In this document: positions 15,082 through 25,397 of the stretch, one piece after another
Numbering within the stretch: position 1 is the first letter of the stretch
Layout: each line of letters opens with the position of its first letter
Origin: an uncultured Actinomycetota bacterium
GTDB lineage: Bacteria > Actinomycetota > Actinomycetes > JAHEKZ01
DNA length: 64,000 bases
Assembly: GCA_963718235.1 (NCBI GenBank)
Contig: CAVQYR010000001.1
Location: 1,728,001 to 1,792,000, forward strand
Direction of reading: 5' to 3'
Program-made: the position numbers and the translations under genes
The notes under the pieces: model-generated
What the model was told of the DNA's origin: nothing
The model's database searches: none
The model's input: only the letters and a program-made list of their open reading frames with translations

Positions 15082-16191
15082 ATGGGGACCCTGCAGATTC
15101 CTGACGCCGACCGATTCGGACCCGAGCAGGTGATCGTGGTCAACGACACAGCCGCGGGACTCCTGGCCTATGTCGTGGTGGACAACCTCGCGGCCGGGCC
15201 GGCGATCGGCGGTGTGCGCATGGCCGGCGACGTGAGCATGGTCGAGGTCGCCCGGCTGGCCCGGGCGATGACCTTCAAGAACGCTGCGGCGGGGCTGCCC
15301 CACGGCGGCGCGAAGGCCGGGATCGTGGCCGACCCCAGGATGCCGTTCGAGGACAAGGCGCGGCTCGTGCGAACCTTCGGCCAGTCCATCCGCGACGTCG
15401 TCGGGTACTGCCCCGGCCCGGACATGGGGCTGGACGAGCGGCTCATGGCCCACCTCCGAAGCACGTGCGGGCGCGCCGTAGGTCTGCCGGCGGTGCTCGG
15501 TGGGATCCCCCTGGACGTCCTGGGCGCCACCGGGTTCGGGGTTGCCGTGGCGGCCGAGGTGGCTGCCGAACGAGGCGTCGTCCAGCTGGCCGGGGCTCGG
15601 GTGGTCGTGCAGGGCTTCGGCTCCGTCGGCAGCCACGCCGCCCGGTTCCTGGTGCAACGCGGTGCGCGCGTGGTCGCCGTCTCGGACAGCCGCGGAGCGG
15701 TCGCCCGTCCGGAGGGCCTGGACGTGGCCGCACTGGTGGCGCACAAGGCAGCCGGGCACCCGGTGGCGGAGTTCCCGGGAGGCAGCCCACTCGCGGCCGA
15801 TGAGCTGGTGGGACTCCCCTGCGAGATCTGGGTGCCGGCCGCGCGGCCGGACGTGTTCACCGCCGACAATGCCGGTGACCTCAAGGCACGGCTGGTGCTG
15901 GAGGGCGCGAACATCCCGGCCAGTCGGGGGGTCGAGCAACAGCTGCACGAGGCCGGGGTGACCGTGGTGCCCGACTTCGTGGCCAACGCCGGCGGGGTGA
16001 TCTGCGCCGCCGTGGAGTACGCAGGGGGTACGTCGGCCCAGGCGTTCGCCGCTATCGAGGAGAAGGTGCGGAGCAACACCCGGCTGGTGCTCGAGGGCTC
16101 GGCCCGGACCGGTGAGATGCCGCGTCTGGTCGCCGAGGCGATGGCCGAGCAGAGGGTCGAGGAGGCGATGAGCTACCGCACCCGCCCGTGA
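15082..16191 (+). CDS. Glu/Leu/Phe/Val dehydrogenase family
   Basis: GGVRM, MTFKNA, GGAKAG, GPDMG, ATGFGV, QGFGSVG, EGAN, PDFVANAGGV; RBS GGAGG. Confidence 0.92.
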   Translation: MGTLQIPDADRFGPEQVIVVNDTAAGLLAYVVVDNLAAGPAIGGVRMAGDVSMVEVARLARAMTFKNAAAGLPHGGAKAGIVADPRMPFEDKARLVRTFGQSIRDVVGYCPGPDMGLDERLMAHLRSTCGRAVGLPAVLGGIPLDVLGATGFGVAVAAEVAAERGVVQLAGARVVVQGFGSVGSHAARFLVQRGARVVAVSDSRGAVARPEGLDVAALVAHKAAGHPVAEFPGGSPLAADELVGLPCEIWVPAARPDVFTADNAGDLKARLVLEGANIPASRGVEQQLHEAGVTVVPDFVANAGGVICAAVEYAGGTSAQAFAAIEEKVRSNTRLVLEGSARTGEMPRLVAEAMAEQRVEEAMSYRTRP

Positions 16192-16300
16192 CCAGGCCGG
16201 AGGTGTCGCAGGCCGCCCGGTTGGTCGACTGGGTGTGAGGCGCGACACGTCGGGACCAAAGGTCTGGTCTCGGACCGGTCGGATACGACAGGCTGAGCGG

Positions 16301-18001
16301 GTGAGTATTCCTAGCGACCTCGAGATCGCCCGCGCCGCAACCGTCCGCCCGATCGACCAGATCACCGAGGCCATGGGGCTGCCCCCGAGCCTGTGGGAGC
16401 CCTACGGCCGAGACGTGGCCAAGATCAGCCTCGACGCCATCGAGGAGCTGTCCGACCGGCCCCCGGCCAAGTACATCCTGGTCACGGCCATCACCCCCAC
16501 TCCCCTGGGCGAGGGCAAGACCACCACGTCGATCGGGCTGGCCCAGGGCTTCGGACACATCGGCAAGCGCGCGACGCTGGCGCTGCGGCAGCCGTCGATG
16601 GGCCCGACGTTCGGGATCAAGGGCGGCGCGGCTGGCGGTGGCTACAGCCAGGTCATCCCGATGGAGAAGCTGAACCTGCATCTCACCGGCGACTTCCACG
16701 CGATCACCGCCGCGCACAACCTGCTGGCCGCGATGCTCGACAACCACCTGTACCAGGGCAACGAGCTCGGCGTCGACATGCACTCGATCGAGTGGCGTCG
16801 GGTGATGGACGTCAACGACCGAGCCCTGCGCAACGTGATCATCGGCCTGGGCGCCCGGCTGGACGGTGTCCCCCGGCAGACCGGCTTCGACATCACCGCC
16901 GCAAGTGAGCTGATGGTGCTGCTGGCCCTGGCGACCTCCGAGCCCGACATGCGTGAGCGGGTCGGCAAGATCGTGGTCGGCTACACCAAGGGCGGTGACC
17001 CGATCACCGCCGAGGACCTCAAGACCGCCGGGTCGATGGCTGTGATCCTGCGGGACGCGCTCAAGCCGAACCTGCTCCAGACCATCGAGGGTCAGCCGGT
17101 GCTGATCCACACCGGTCCGTTCGGCAACATCGCCACCGGTCAGTCCTCGATCGTCGCCGACCTGATCGGCATCAAGACCGGCGACTACCTCATCACCGAG
17201 GCCGGCTTCGGCGCCGACATCGGCGCGGAGAAGTTCTTCGACATGAAGTGCCGCATGTCCGGGCTCACCCCCGACGCGGCCGTGGTGGTGGCGACCGTGC
17301 GCGCTCTGAAGGCGCACTCGGGCAACCACGTCATCAAGCCCGGAAAGCCGCTTCCGCCCGAGCTGCTGGCCGAGAACCCCGACGAGGTCGCCACCGGTGG
17401 CGAGAACCTGCGCAAGCACCTGGAGAACCTCAAGAAGTTCGGCGTCACGCCGATCGTCGCGATCAACGCCTTCCCGACCGACCACCCGAGCGAGCACGAG
17501 ATGATCCGCAAGATCGCCGAGGAGGCCGGCGCCCGTGCGGCGGTGGCCACCCACGTGGTCGACGGCGGCGCCGGTGCCATCGAGCTGGCCCGGGTCGTGG
17601 AGGAGGTGGCCAACGAGCCCACCGACTTCCGCTTCCTCTACCCGCTCGACGACACCATCGAGAAGAAGATCGAGACGATCGCGACCGAGCTGTACGGCGC
17701 CACGGGCGTCGACTTCACCCCGGCCGCCGCCGCCCAGGCCAAGCGCTACCAGGCGCTGGGCTACGGCGGTCTTCCGATCGTGATCGCCAAGACGCACCTG
17801 TCCATCACCAGTGATGCCAGCCTGCTCGGCGCCCCCAAGGGCTGGGGCCCGCTGCCGGTGCGCGAGCTGAGGCTCGCCGCCGGGGCCGGCTACATCTACG
17901 CGGTGTGCGGCGAGATCCGCACGATGCCTGGGCTGTCCGGTCACCCCGCCGCGGAGCGGATCGACATCGACGCCTCGGGCGAGATCGTCGGCTTGTCCTG
18001 A
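16301..18001 (+). CDS. fhs: Formate-tetrahydrofolate ligase
   Basis: TAITPTPLGEGKTT, GIKGGAAGGGYSQV, TEAGFGADIGAEKF, TMPGL. Confidence 0.96.
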   Translation: MSIPSDLEIARAATVRPIDQITEAMGLPPSLWEPYGRDVAKISLDAIEELSDRPPAKYILVTAITPTPLGEGKTTTSIGLAQGFGHIGKRATLALRQPSMGPTFGIKGGAAGGGYSQVIPMEKLNLHLTGDFHAITAAHNLLAAMLDNHLYQGNELGVDMHSIEWRRVMDVNDRALRNVIIGLGARLDGVPRQTGFDITAASELMVLLALATSEPDMRERVGKIVVGYTKGGDPITAEDLKTAGSMAVILRDALKPNLLQTIEGQPVLIHTGPFGNIATGQSSIVADLIGIKTGDYLITEAGFGADIGAEKFFDMKCRMSGLTPDAAVVVATVRALKAHSGNHVIKPGKPLPPELLAENPDEVATGGENLRKHLENLKKFGVTPIVAINAFPTDHPSEHEMIRKIAEEAGARAAVATHVVDGGAGAIELARVVEEVANEPTDFRFLYPLDDTIEKKIETIATELYGATGVDFTPAAAAQAKRYQALGYGGLPIVIAKTHLSITSDASLLGAPKGWGPLPVRELRLAAGAGYIYAVCGEIRTMPGLSGHPAAERIDIDASGEIVGLS

Positions 18002-18002
18002 C

Positions 18003-19463
18003 GTGAGCTCGCCCCACCGGCTCGGGCGCATCGCCCTGGTCCTGGTGGGGGCCAGTCTCGCGCTGTTCGTCGTCACGGCGCTGCTCGGTCCTTCGGCGGC
18101 CCAGCCGGAGCTGCCCGGTGCCGGCCCCGCCCGTCATTTCGACGTGGGACCACCTGCGGGGCTGGTCACGGCACTCATGTGGTCGGCGCTGCTCGCCGGT
18201 GCGGCGGCCGTGGCGCTCGGGTGGTGGGCCCTGGTCCGCGGCTGGGCGCCCGACCCTCGACGCCTGCGCGGGTGGGGCTTCGTCGGGGCAGCAGTCATGG
18301 CCGCCGTCCCCCCGCTCGGCTCGACCGACCTGCTGAGCTACGCGGCGTACGGGCGGATGGCGGTGCTCGGGCTCAACCCATACACCACGACGGTGCAGGA
18401 CCTGCTGGCTCGCGGCGACCCGGTCGGCCTCGCCTACCAAGGCGCCTGGGGCGACGTGCCGTCGGTCTACGGACCGTTCGCGATCGCCTCGCACGCACTG
18501 ACCTCCCTGCTCGCCGGTGAGTCGGTCCGCATGTTCGCCCTGTGGACGCAGGTCTTCGAGCTCGGTGTGTTCGTGGCAGTGGCGGTGCTGCTGGACCGGG
18601 TGGTGTCCGACGACCTGGCCGCTCGCCGTCGCGTCGCCCTGATGTGGACGCTCAACCCGTTGCTGCTCTACGTGATCGTCAACTCCGGACACCTCGACGG
18701 CCTGGCCGCGGGCCTGGGCGTCGCCGCCCTCCTGGTGGTCCGCCGCTCCCCCGTGGCCGCCGGAGTGCTCGTCGCCCTGTCGGTGTGCACGAAGCTGTCG
18801 TTCGCCCTGTACGTGCTCGCCCTGGTGTGGGCGCTGCGGTCCGAACGCGGACGGCTGCTGCGGTTCCTGGCCGCGGGCGCGGTCACCGGCGCGGTCCTGC
18901 TCGTCCCGTTCCTGCCGGAGCTCGTCGACCCGTTGCGGGATGCTTCTCAGTACGTCGCCCGGCAGTCCCCGTGGCGGGTCACCCTGCCCGTGCTGCGCAC
19001 CGTCCTGCCCGACGACGTCGTGCCGAGACTCCTGTCGGTTGCCGTGTGGGTGTTGGTCGTAGCGGTGGTCTGGCGGCTGAGCCGGGTCCTCCCGCGACGT
19101 GCGACTGCGAACGGTGCGAGCGACGAAGCCCTCTGGGCCGCCGCGCTGTTGTCCGTGGCGTGGCTCCTGTCGTCGACCTACGCCTACGCCTGGTACGACG
19201 TCATGGCCTGGGCGCCGTTGGTCCTGCTGCCGGCATCCGGCGTCGACCTGGTGCTCCTGGCCCGAACGGCGTCGGTGGCCGTGGCCTACAGCCCAGGACT
19301 CGACCTCGACCCGCCGGGACTCCTCGGCTCGGTCACGACGACGCTGAACGGGACGGTGGCGCCACTGGTGGGTCTTGCCCTGCTCGTGCTCGTGCTCTTC
19401 TTCGGGGATCGGCTGAGGCTGCCACGACCAGCGGGAGACCCACGCCCAGCATCGTCCCGGTGA
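18003..19463 (+). CDS. GT-C membrane glycosyltransferase (MptA/B-like polyprenol-phosphomannose mannosyltransferase)
   Basis: PPLGSTDLLSYAAYG..NPY..SVYGP..NPLL..GHLD..K; many TM helices. Confidence 0.8.
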   Translation: MSSPHRLGRIALVLVGASLALFVVTALLGPSAAQPELPGAGPARHFDVGPPAGLVTALMWSALLAGAAAVALGWWALVRGWAPDPRRLRGWGFVGAAVMAAVPPLGSTDLLSYAAYGRMAVLGLNPYTTTVQDLLARGDPVGLAYQGAWGDVPSVYGPFAIASHALTSLLAGESVRMFALWTQVFELGVFVAVAVLLDRVVSDDLAARRRVALMWTLNPLLLYVIVNSGHLDGLAAGLGVAALLVVRRSPVAAGVLVALSVCTKLSFALYVLALVWALRSERGRLLRFLAAGAVTGAVLLVPFLPELVDPLRDASQYVARQSPWRVTLPVLRTVLPDDVVPRLLSVAVWVLVVAVVWRLSRVLPRRATANGASDEALWAAALLSVAWLLSSTYAYAWYDVMAWAPLVLLPASGVDLVLLARTASVAVAYSPGLDLDPPGLLGSVTTTLNGTVAPLVGLALLVLVLFFGDRLRLPRPAGDPRPASSR

Positions 19464-21633
19464 CGATCACGCCGGAGTCGTTGACGAACGCCCCGAGACC
19501 GGCCATGACCAGTCCGCTGATCAGCCCGGCCTGCAGGGTGGGTGTGGCCCGGTAGGCCTCGATCAGCTGGGTGGCCCTGAACCTGCCCGGCCTCAGCACG
19601 ACCCAGAAGAAGAGGGCATAGAGGACGGGGATGGCTGGTGCGAGAGCGGTGAAGGTGAAGGAGTTGATGCTGGCCGCGAGCTTGCGTCCGATCGTGGAGC
19701 TGGAGTCGCCACCCAGGACCGACGCGACGAAGTCGCCGAGGTGGGTGCGCGAGTCCTCCGGGCGCAGGTAGTCGGCGAAGGACACGATCACCGCAAACGC
19801 GGCACCGGCCAGGAGGATCAGCACGACGCCGCGCAGCGACAGCCCCCGCGGGGAGATCAGCAGGGCGAACAGCCCGAACCCGACGATGAGCGCGATCATG
19901 CCGCCGAAGTCCGCGCCGAAAGCAGGCCATCCGTCGATGAGTCCGACGACCACGCCGAACCCGAACACGATGAGCGACGCGACCACGCGACGCCCGGCCA
20001 CGACCCATCGGGCCGACAGCGCCACCGCGAGGAAGACCGAGCACGCGGCGAACACCGAGAAGGCGACATTGCCGAAGCCGTAGAAGCGCCCGGCGGCGAT
20101 CGGGGACAGACCCAAGGAAGAGGCGAACTGCAGGTGCGAACCGGTCATGACGTCGACGGCGAGGACCACCACGGTGGTGCCGCTGACGATCGCGACCGGC
20201 CGATAGGTCGCACGCGCCCAGGGCAACAGCAGGGCAACGGCGACCAGACCGACCGCCAGGGCCACGGAGGTGACCAGCATGATCGTGGTGGCGGCGCCGG
20301 TCGCGGGACCGTCGGCGGCCCGCCACCAGGGGATCGTGTTCGCCAGGTACGTGCCCACCGGGATGCTCGCCAGGACGAGCGAGACCGCGCGCAGCGCTTG
20401 CCAGAACCCGGCCGAGGTGCCCGACGGCAGCCCCTGGCCCCGTCGGCGTCGCGCTCGTCCGACCCCGACGAGGGCGAACGCTGAGTACACGACCACCAGC
20501 AGCAGGAGCAGCGCCTGGTTGATCGGGAAGGTGATCCGGGCGATGACCTGGGCCCGTTCGTCCAGCTCGACGAGCCGGTCCACCAGGCTCTGCAGCGAAC
20601 CGGGCCACGGGACGACCGTGGGCGCGCTGCCCACGATCGGCTCGATCGGCTCGACGTCCAGGGTGGCCAGCACGAGGTCGGTGACGTCGGTGAGCGTCAC
20701 CAGGCCCGGTTGCCTGGTGGAGCGCGTGGTCATGAGTCCGGTGGCGTACGTGGTGTCACCCGGCCCGGGCCCCGCGGCAGTCAGCACCCGCAGCCTGGCC
20801 ACCGCGGTCTCGTCCGCGGTCGAAACCAGGACGAACGTCGCCCCGGGCGGGAGGTCGCCCAGCAGGGCGGCGACCGATCGGTCGAGCTGCCGGAGGGCCG
20901 CAGAACGGGTCAAGGCGGTGGGAGCGGCCCCGGAGACCGCGTCGGGGTCGGGCTCGACCTCCGGCCCTGGGGGGATCTCGCCCAGGTCGATGCCGGTGAG
21001 GACGCACGTGGACAGCAGTTGGCCGTCGACCTCCGCCGGGTCGGACTCGTACCGCTCGACCCGGCCCGAGGCGTCCGCGAGCATCGAGGCCGCTCCGGGG
21101 CCGACCGCGGTGGCGCAACCCCCAGCCGCCTCGACGGAGTCGCTGACCAGGCCGAGCGTGGGGTCGTACCGGTCGACGTTCTCTTCCTCGAGCTGTCCCC
21201 AGCCGGGCACCCTCCAGGTCGATCCGTCCCACCGCGGCACCGGGAGGACGCTGCAGCGGCGTCCACCCTCTGGCAGGTCCACCCGCGGGGCCACGGTCCG
21301 GGCTCCCGTCCCGAGGGTCAGCCACCCGTCGGCAGCACAGGTGCGCTGGAACACCCCACGCACGACGAGCGATCCGACGGCGCTGCTTTCCGCGAGGGCC
21401 CAGAGAGCAGGAGTGCTCGTCGGGCTGAGGTCGTCCCACACCAGCCCGGAGATCCCGGCGAGGACCACCCTGGGAGTGGGAGGGGGCTCGGTGTCAGCAG
21501 GCACCGCAGTCGCGGGCGCTTGGGCACCGATGAGTGCCGCCGTCGCGAGGACGCCCACCAGGGCCGACCTGATCCCCGTCCGACCTCGGAACAGGGTGCG
21601 GCTCGTCCACCGACCGACCCGACGTGCACCCAT
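19333..21633 (-). CDS. Conserved hypothetical membrane protein (extracellular alkaline-phosphatase-like domain plus multi-TM domain)
   Basis: Signal peptide; GLVW.D..TPAL..DGWLTLG; TM motifs GRFYGFGN, GADFGG and NDSG; start uncertain (21633 or 21642). Confidence 0.7.
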   Translation of the reverse strand: MGARRVGRWTSRTLFRGRTGIRSALVGVLATAALIGAQAPATAVPADTEPPPTPRVVLAGISGLVWDDLSPTSTPALWALAESSAVGSLVVRGVFQRTCAADGWLTLGTGARTVAPRVDLPEGGRRCSVLPVPRWDGSTWRVPGWGQLEEENVDRYDPTLGLVSDSVEAAGGCATAVGPGAASMLADASGRVERYESDPAEVDGQLLSTCVLTGIDLGEIPPGPEVEPDPDAVSGAAPTALTRSAALRQLDRSVAALLGDLPPGATFVLVSTADETAVARLRVLTAAGPGPGDTTYATGLMTTRSTRQPGLVTLTDVTDLVLATLDVEPIEPIVGSAPTVVPWPGSLQSLVDRLVELDERAQVIARITFPINQALLLLLVVVYSAFALVGVGRARRRRGQGLPSGTSAGFWQALRAVSLVLASIPVGTYLANTIPWWRAADGPATGAATTIMLVTSVALAVGLVAVALLLPWARATYRPVAIVSGTTVVVLAVDVMTGSHLQFASSLGLSPIAAGRFYGFGNVAFSVFAACSVFLAVALSARWVVAGRRVVASLIVFGFGVVVGLIDGWPAFGADFGGMIALIVGFGLFALLISPRGLSLRGVVLILLAGAAFAVIVSFADYLRPEDSRTHLGDFVASVLGGDSSSTIGRKLAASINSFTFTALAPAIPVLYALFFWVVLRPGRFRATQLIEAYRATPTLQAGLISGLVMAGLGAFVNDSGVIVTGTMLGVGLPLVVAASADPRRRARARAGQDPPVAPPSRSASS

Positions 21634-21732
21634 GACGCCCACGACCCTAGGCCAGCCCGTCCGCGGTCAGCGCTCTCGTCGCTGCTTCGTGTCCCTGCTT
21701 CGGGTCACGGCGGCGTGCGGTTGGATGCCTCC

Positions 21733-23100
21733 ATGGATGATCCGAAGGACGTCGACGAAGCACTCGCCGCGACGATGCCGGGAATCGTGGCCGACCTGCA
21801 GCGGCTGGTCGCCATACCCTCATGCGCGTTCCCCGGGTTCCCGCCCGAGCCGGTGCTGGAGATGGCGGATGCCACGGTGGAGCTGCTGCGGCGAAGCGGG
21901 CTCGCTGACGCCCATCTGGTCGAGGTTCAAGGCGGCTACCCGATGGTCTTCGGCGAGATCCCCGCTCCCCCCGGCGCGCCGACCGTGCTGCTGTACGCGC
22001 ACTATGACGTCCAGCCTGCACCCGACGACCAGGGCTGGCAGACCGACCCCTGGACCCCCGTCGTCCGCGACGGCCGCTTGTACGGCCGCGGTGCCGCTGA
22101 CGACAAGTCGGGCATCGCGCTGCACGCGGCCACCCTGCAGGTCTTCGCCGGGCGTCCTCCCGTCGGCGTGAAAGTCGTCATCGAGGGCGAGGAGGAGACT
22201 GACAGCAACCTCGAACAGGTCGTCGCCGCCGACCCTGAACGGTTCCACGCCGATGTCTACGTGATCGGTGACGGGGGCAACGAGGAGGTGGGCGTCCCGG
22301 TCATCGAGGTCACCACGCGCGGGTTCGTGGCTTTCGACGTCACGGTGGCCACACTGTCCCGGCCGGTGCACTCGGGGATCTTCGGGGGTGGCGCACCCGA
22401 CGCGCTGCTCGCCCTGGTCCGGATGCTGGCCACGATGCACGACGACGGCGGCTCGGTCGCTGTCGCCGGGCTGACCGGGCACCCGTGGGCCGGCGGCTCG
22501 ACGGACGAGTCACTTCTGCGTCGCGCCGCCGGAGTGCTCGACGGCGTGTCGCTGATGGGAACCGGCCCGCTGGCCAGCCGGCTCTGGTCCCAGCCGGCGA
22601 TCTCGGTGATCGGGCTCGACGCGCCGAGGGTTGCCGGGGCGGTGAACGCGCTGGTCCCCCGGGCCAGCGCCACCGTGTCCATGCGTGTCCCGCACGGGGC
22701 AGACCCGGCGCGCGAGGCGGCGGTGCTGCAGGAGCACCTGCGGTCGGTCGCACCTTGGGGTGTGCACCTGACCTTCGGGGAGGTGCGCTCCGGAGAACCG
22801 TGGCGTACCCGGGACGACGGTCCGGCGCTGGCCGCCGCGCGGGAGTCGATGCGTGAGGTCTACGGCTCCGACCCTGAGCTGATCGGCAGCGGCGGGTCGA
22901 TCCCGTTGCTCAACGCGCTGCAACGGGTGAACCCCGACGCGGAGTTCGTCCTGTGGGGTGCCGAGGACGGTGCGCAGGCCAACATCCACTCCGCCGACGA
23001 GAGTGTCGACCTCGCCGAGCTCGAGCGCGTGGTGAAGGCCCAGTGCCTGCTGCTGTCCAGGCTCGGTTCACGGGCAGCGTCCCCCGCAGCCGGCGGGTGA
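21733..23100 (+). CDS. M20-family dipeptidase/deacylase
   Basis: YAHYDVQP, YGRGAADDKSG, EGEEE, HSGIFGG, GGSIP, IHSADES. Confidence 0.9.
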   Translation: MDDPKDVDEALAATMPGIVADLQRLVAIPSCAFPGFPPEPVLEMADATVELLRRSGLADAHLVEVQGGYPMVFGEIPAPPGAPTVLLYAHYDVQPAPDDQGWQTDPWTPVVRDGRLYGRGAADDKSGIALHAATLQVFAGRPPVGVKVVIEGEEETDSNLEQVVAADPERFHADVYVIGDGGNEEVGVPVIEVTTRGFVAFDVTVATLSRPVHSGIFGGGAPDALLALVRMLATMHDDGGSVAVAGLTGHPWAGGSTDESLLRRAAGVLDGVSLMGTGPLASRLWSQPAISVIGLDAPRVAGAVNALVPRASATVSMRVPHGADPAREAAVLQEHLRSVAPWGVHLTFGEVRSGEPWRTRDDGPALAAARESMREVYGSDPELIGSGGSIPLLNALQRVNPDAEFVLWGAEDGAQANIHSADESVDLAELERVVKAQCLLLSRLGSRAASPAAGG

Positions 23101-23894
23101 GTGTGGCGGTGCTGAGCCGTGCGACCAGGCATCCGTTCCTCGACCACCCCGGCCCGTTGCCCTTTGCGCACCGAGGGGGCGCGGACGAGGCCCCCGAGAA
23201 CTCCCTGGCCGCGTTCTCCAGGGCGTACGACCTCGGCTACCGGTGGTTCGAGACCGACGTCCGATCCACGGCCGACGGCGAGCTGGTGGTGTTCCACGAC
23301 CCGACCCTGCGCCGCACCGCTGGGCTCCCTGAGCGTCTCGATGGGCTCGAGGTGACCGATCTCGCGCAGGTGAGGCCCGGTGGCGAACCCATGCTGCGGT
23401 TCGTCGACCTGGTCGATGCCTTTCCGGACGTCCGGTTCAACGTCGACCCCAAGGACGACGGTGCCGCGCCGCTGCTGGCGCGTGCGGTCCGTCGGCTTCA
23501 GCTCGGTGAGCGCGTCTGCATCGCCTCGTTCAGTGATGCGCGGCTGTCCTGGCTGCGGGTGGCCCTGGGCTCGGAGGTGCTGACCGCCCTGGGACCGCGC
23601 GAGGTGCTGCGGCTGGCCGGCGCGGCCAAGCGCGGAGCCACCTGGCACGGGCGCGGGCACCACGTGGTGCAGGTCCCCTCCGGACCACGCTGGCTGCCCC
23701 TCGTCGACCGCGGTTTCGTCCGTGCGGCCCACCGGTCGGGACTGGACGTGCACGTGTGGACCGTCGACGACCCGGACGCCATGCGCCGTCTGCTCGACCT
23801 GGGGGTCGACGGGTTGATGACCGACCGACCGGCGGTGCTCCGCGACGTGCTGTACGCCCGCGGCCAGTGGTTCGGTCCGGAGTCGGTCGGATGA
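23097..23894 (+). CDS. Glycerophosphodiester phosphodiesterase family
   Basis: AHRGG..PENSLAAF, ETDV..DG..VVFHD, VWTVD, GVDGLMTD.P. Confidence 0.9.
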   Translation: MSVAVLSRATRHPFLDHPGPLPFAHRGGADEAPENSLAAFSRAYDLGYRWFETDVRSTADGELVVFHDPTLRRTAGLPERLDGLEVTDLAQVRPGGEPMLRFVDLVDAFPDVRFNVDPKDDGAAPLLARAVRRLQLGERVCIASFSDARLSWLRVALGSEVLTALGPREVLRLAGAAKRGATWHGRGHHVVQVPSGPRWLPLVDRGFVRAAHRSGLDVHVWTVDDPDAMRRLLDLGVDGLMTDRPAVLRDVLYARGQWFGPESVG

Positions 23895-23907
23895 GCGCAG
23901 ACGCCGC

Positions 23908-23949
23908 AGGTTCGGGGCACCGACCACACAGTGTCGGTGCCCCGAACCT
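23908..23949. terminator. Perfect 17-bp inverted repeat; probable bidirectional terminator
   Basis: AGGTTCGGGGCACCGAC-cacacagt-GTCGGTGCCCCGAACCT between convergent genes. Confidence 0.75.
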
Positions 23950-23976
23950 CGACTCGTGCTCTTGTGGCCCGTTGGG

Positions 23977-24912
23977 TTACCCGTGGGCCCGCTGGCTGAC
24001 GTAGACGTCGCCGCTGCGGCCGAAGTAGAGCCGCTCGCCGTCCCGGGACAGCGACGGTCGGGACTCCCCCGCTGCGGTGTTCACCGACGGGCCGAGGTTC
24101 ACCGGATCGCGCCACATGGCCCCTGCACACCCACGCGTCGAGGTGTAGATGTCCGAGGCACCAAAGCCTCCGGGTCGGGACGAGGCGAACACGATCTCGC
24201 GTCCGTCCCGGCTGACGTTGGGCATGAAGTCGTCGTAGCCGGCGACGTTGAGCTCGGCCACCGCAGTGGGCGCGCTGAACCCTTGTTCGTGACCCCGCCT
24301 CGACACGTAGATGTCCTGGGTCCCGGCGCCTACGGGGTCTCCGCTGGAGAAGTACAGGAGTGCCCCAGCCGAGGTGTGGACCAAGGATGGCCCGTACTCC
24401 ATGCCCGCGCCGTTGGGCCCGTTGGGGGCGCAGCCTAGGTTCCGGGGCTCAGCCCAGGTCCCTGTGCGCCAGCTCCGGTGGGTGATGTAGATGTCGCCGA
24501 GCCCGCACGAAGCCGTGCCGTAGGCATCTGTACCGCCCCGGGTGGAGACGAACAGCAGGGCACCACCCGGCAGCGGGGTGGGGCAGAAGTCCTGCGCGTC
24601 GCTGTTGACCGGCTCGGGCAGCATGACGGGTGCGCCGAAGTCGGCCTCGCGGCTGGCCCTGGTCGCCATCCAGATGTCGTTGTCGCCACCTGGTCCACGC
24701 ACCGATGCGAAGAAGACGGCCTTACCGTTGGGGGCCTCGATCGGGCAGCCGTCGGCCGCAACAGGGTCGTTGACTTCGGTCAGCGGCGCTGGGGCCTCCC
24801 ACCCCGACCCCGTGTGTGCTGCTGCCGGGGCGCCACTGAGGCCCACCGCGGCACTCGTCACGATCGCCAGCCCAGCGGTTGAGGTCACTAGCCTTCTTCG
24901 AACGCTACTCAT
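23977..24912 (-). CDS. Secreted WD40-like (PD40/TolB-type) repeat protein
   Basis: Signal MSSVRRRLV...APAAA; repeats DG..I.FAS.RPGG.G..DIY.S.R and NLG..VN....E..P. Confidence 0.8.
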   Translation of the reverse strand: MSSVRRRLVTSTAGLAIVTSAAVGLSGAPAAAHTGSGWEAPAPLTEVNDPVAADGCPIEAPNGKAVFFASVRGPGGDNDIWMATRASREADFGAPVMLPEPVNSDAQDFCPTPLPGGALLFVSTRGGTDAYGTASCGLGDIYITHRSWRTGTWAEPRNLGCAPNGPNGAGMEYGPSLVHTSAGALLYFSSGDPVGAGTQDIYVSRRGHEQGFSAPTAVAELNVAGYDDFMPNVSRDGREIVFASSRPGGFGASDIYTSTRGCAGAMWRDPVNLGPSVNTAAGESRPSLSRDGERLYFGRSGDVYVSQRAHG

Positions 24913-25397
24913 GACTCATCTCCATTCCGTGTTGCATCGACAGCGGGCCGCGGTCGACGCCCCCGAGCAGGTGCAGGTTCATGACGCTCGCCAGGGACCC
25001 GGCGGCCACGGTCCGCGATCGAGGCGCCGTCCCTCCGCCCAGGTTCTCCGAAGAGGAGGATCTCCCCGGTGCCGCGTTCGTCATACTGGGGAGTCGCTCG
25101 ACGGGGCAGGAGGTTGACGCTCGTGCTCACCGATTTCGTCGCCGGCAGTCGATCACGTATGCCAGGGACGCTGAGTCCCAACGGGATCCAGAGCCGCCTT
25201 TGCGCTCGCGGCGGCTGGGCACTCCTCAGCCGTGGTCGTGACGGGCGGTGCCACCCACCCGACTATCGGACAGCCTGGGCCGGGAATCCTGGAGCGGCCT
25301 CGCCCGTTGAGTGTGTGTCGGCCCAACCGGGGCTACACCCTTCCCCGACCCGGGGAGCCGAGAAGGGGCCACCGCCCCCCGATGTGAGGATCCCTCG

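Noticed and set aside
25035-25095. ZTP (pfl) riboswitch suggested by CACCGGGGAG and CCTGGGC on the minus strand
   Set aside because: The conserved GACTGGCG...GTGG 5' element is missing and the downstream gene is unrelated to purine or folate metabolism
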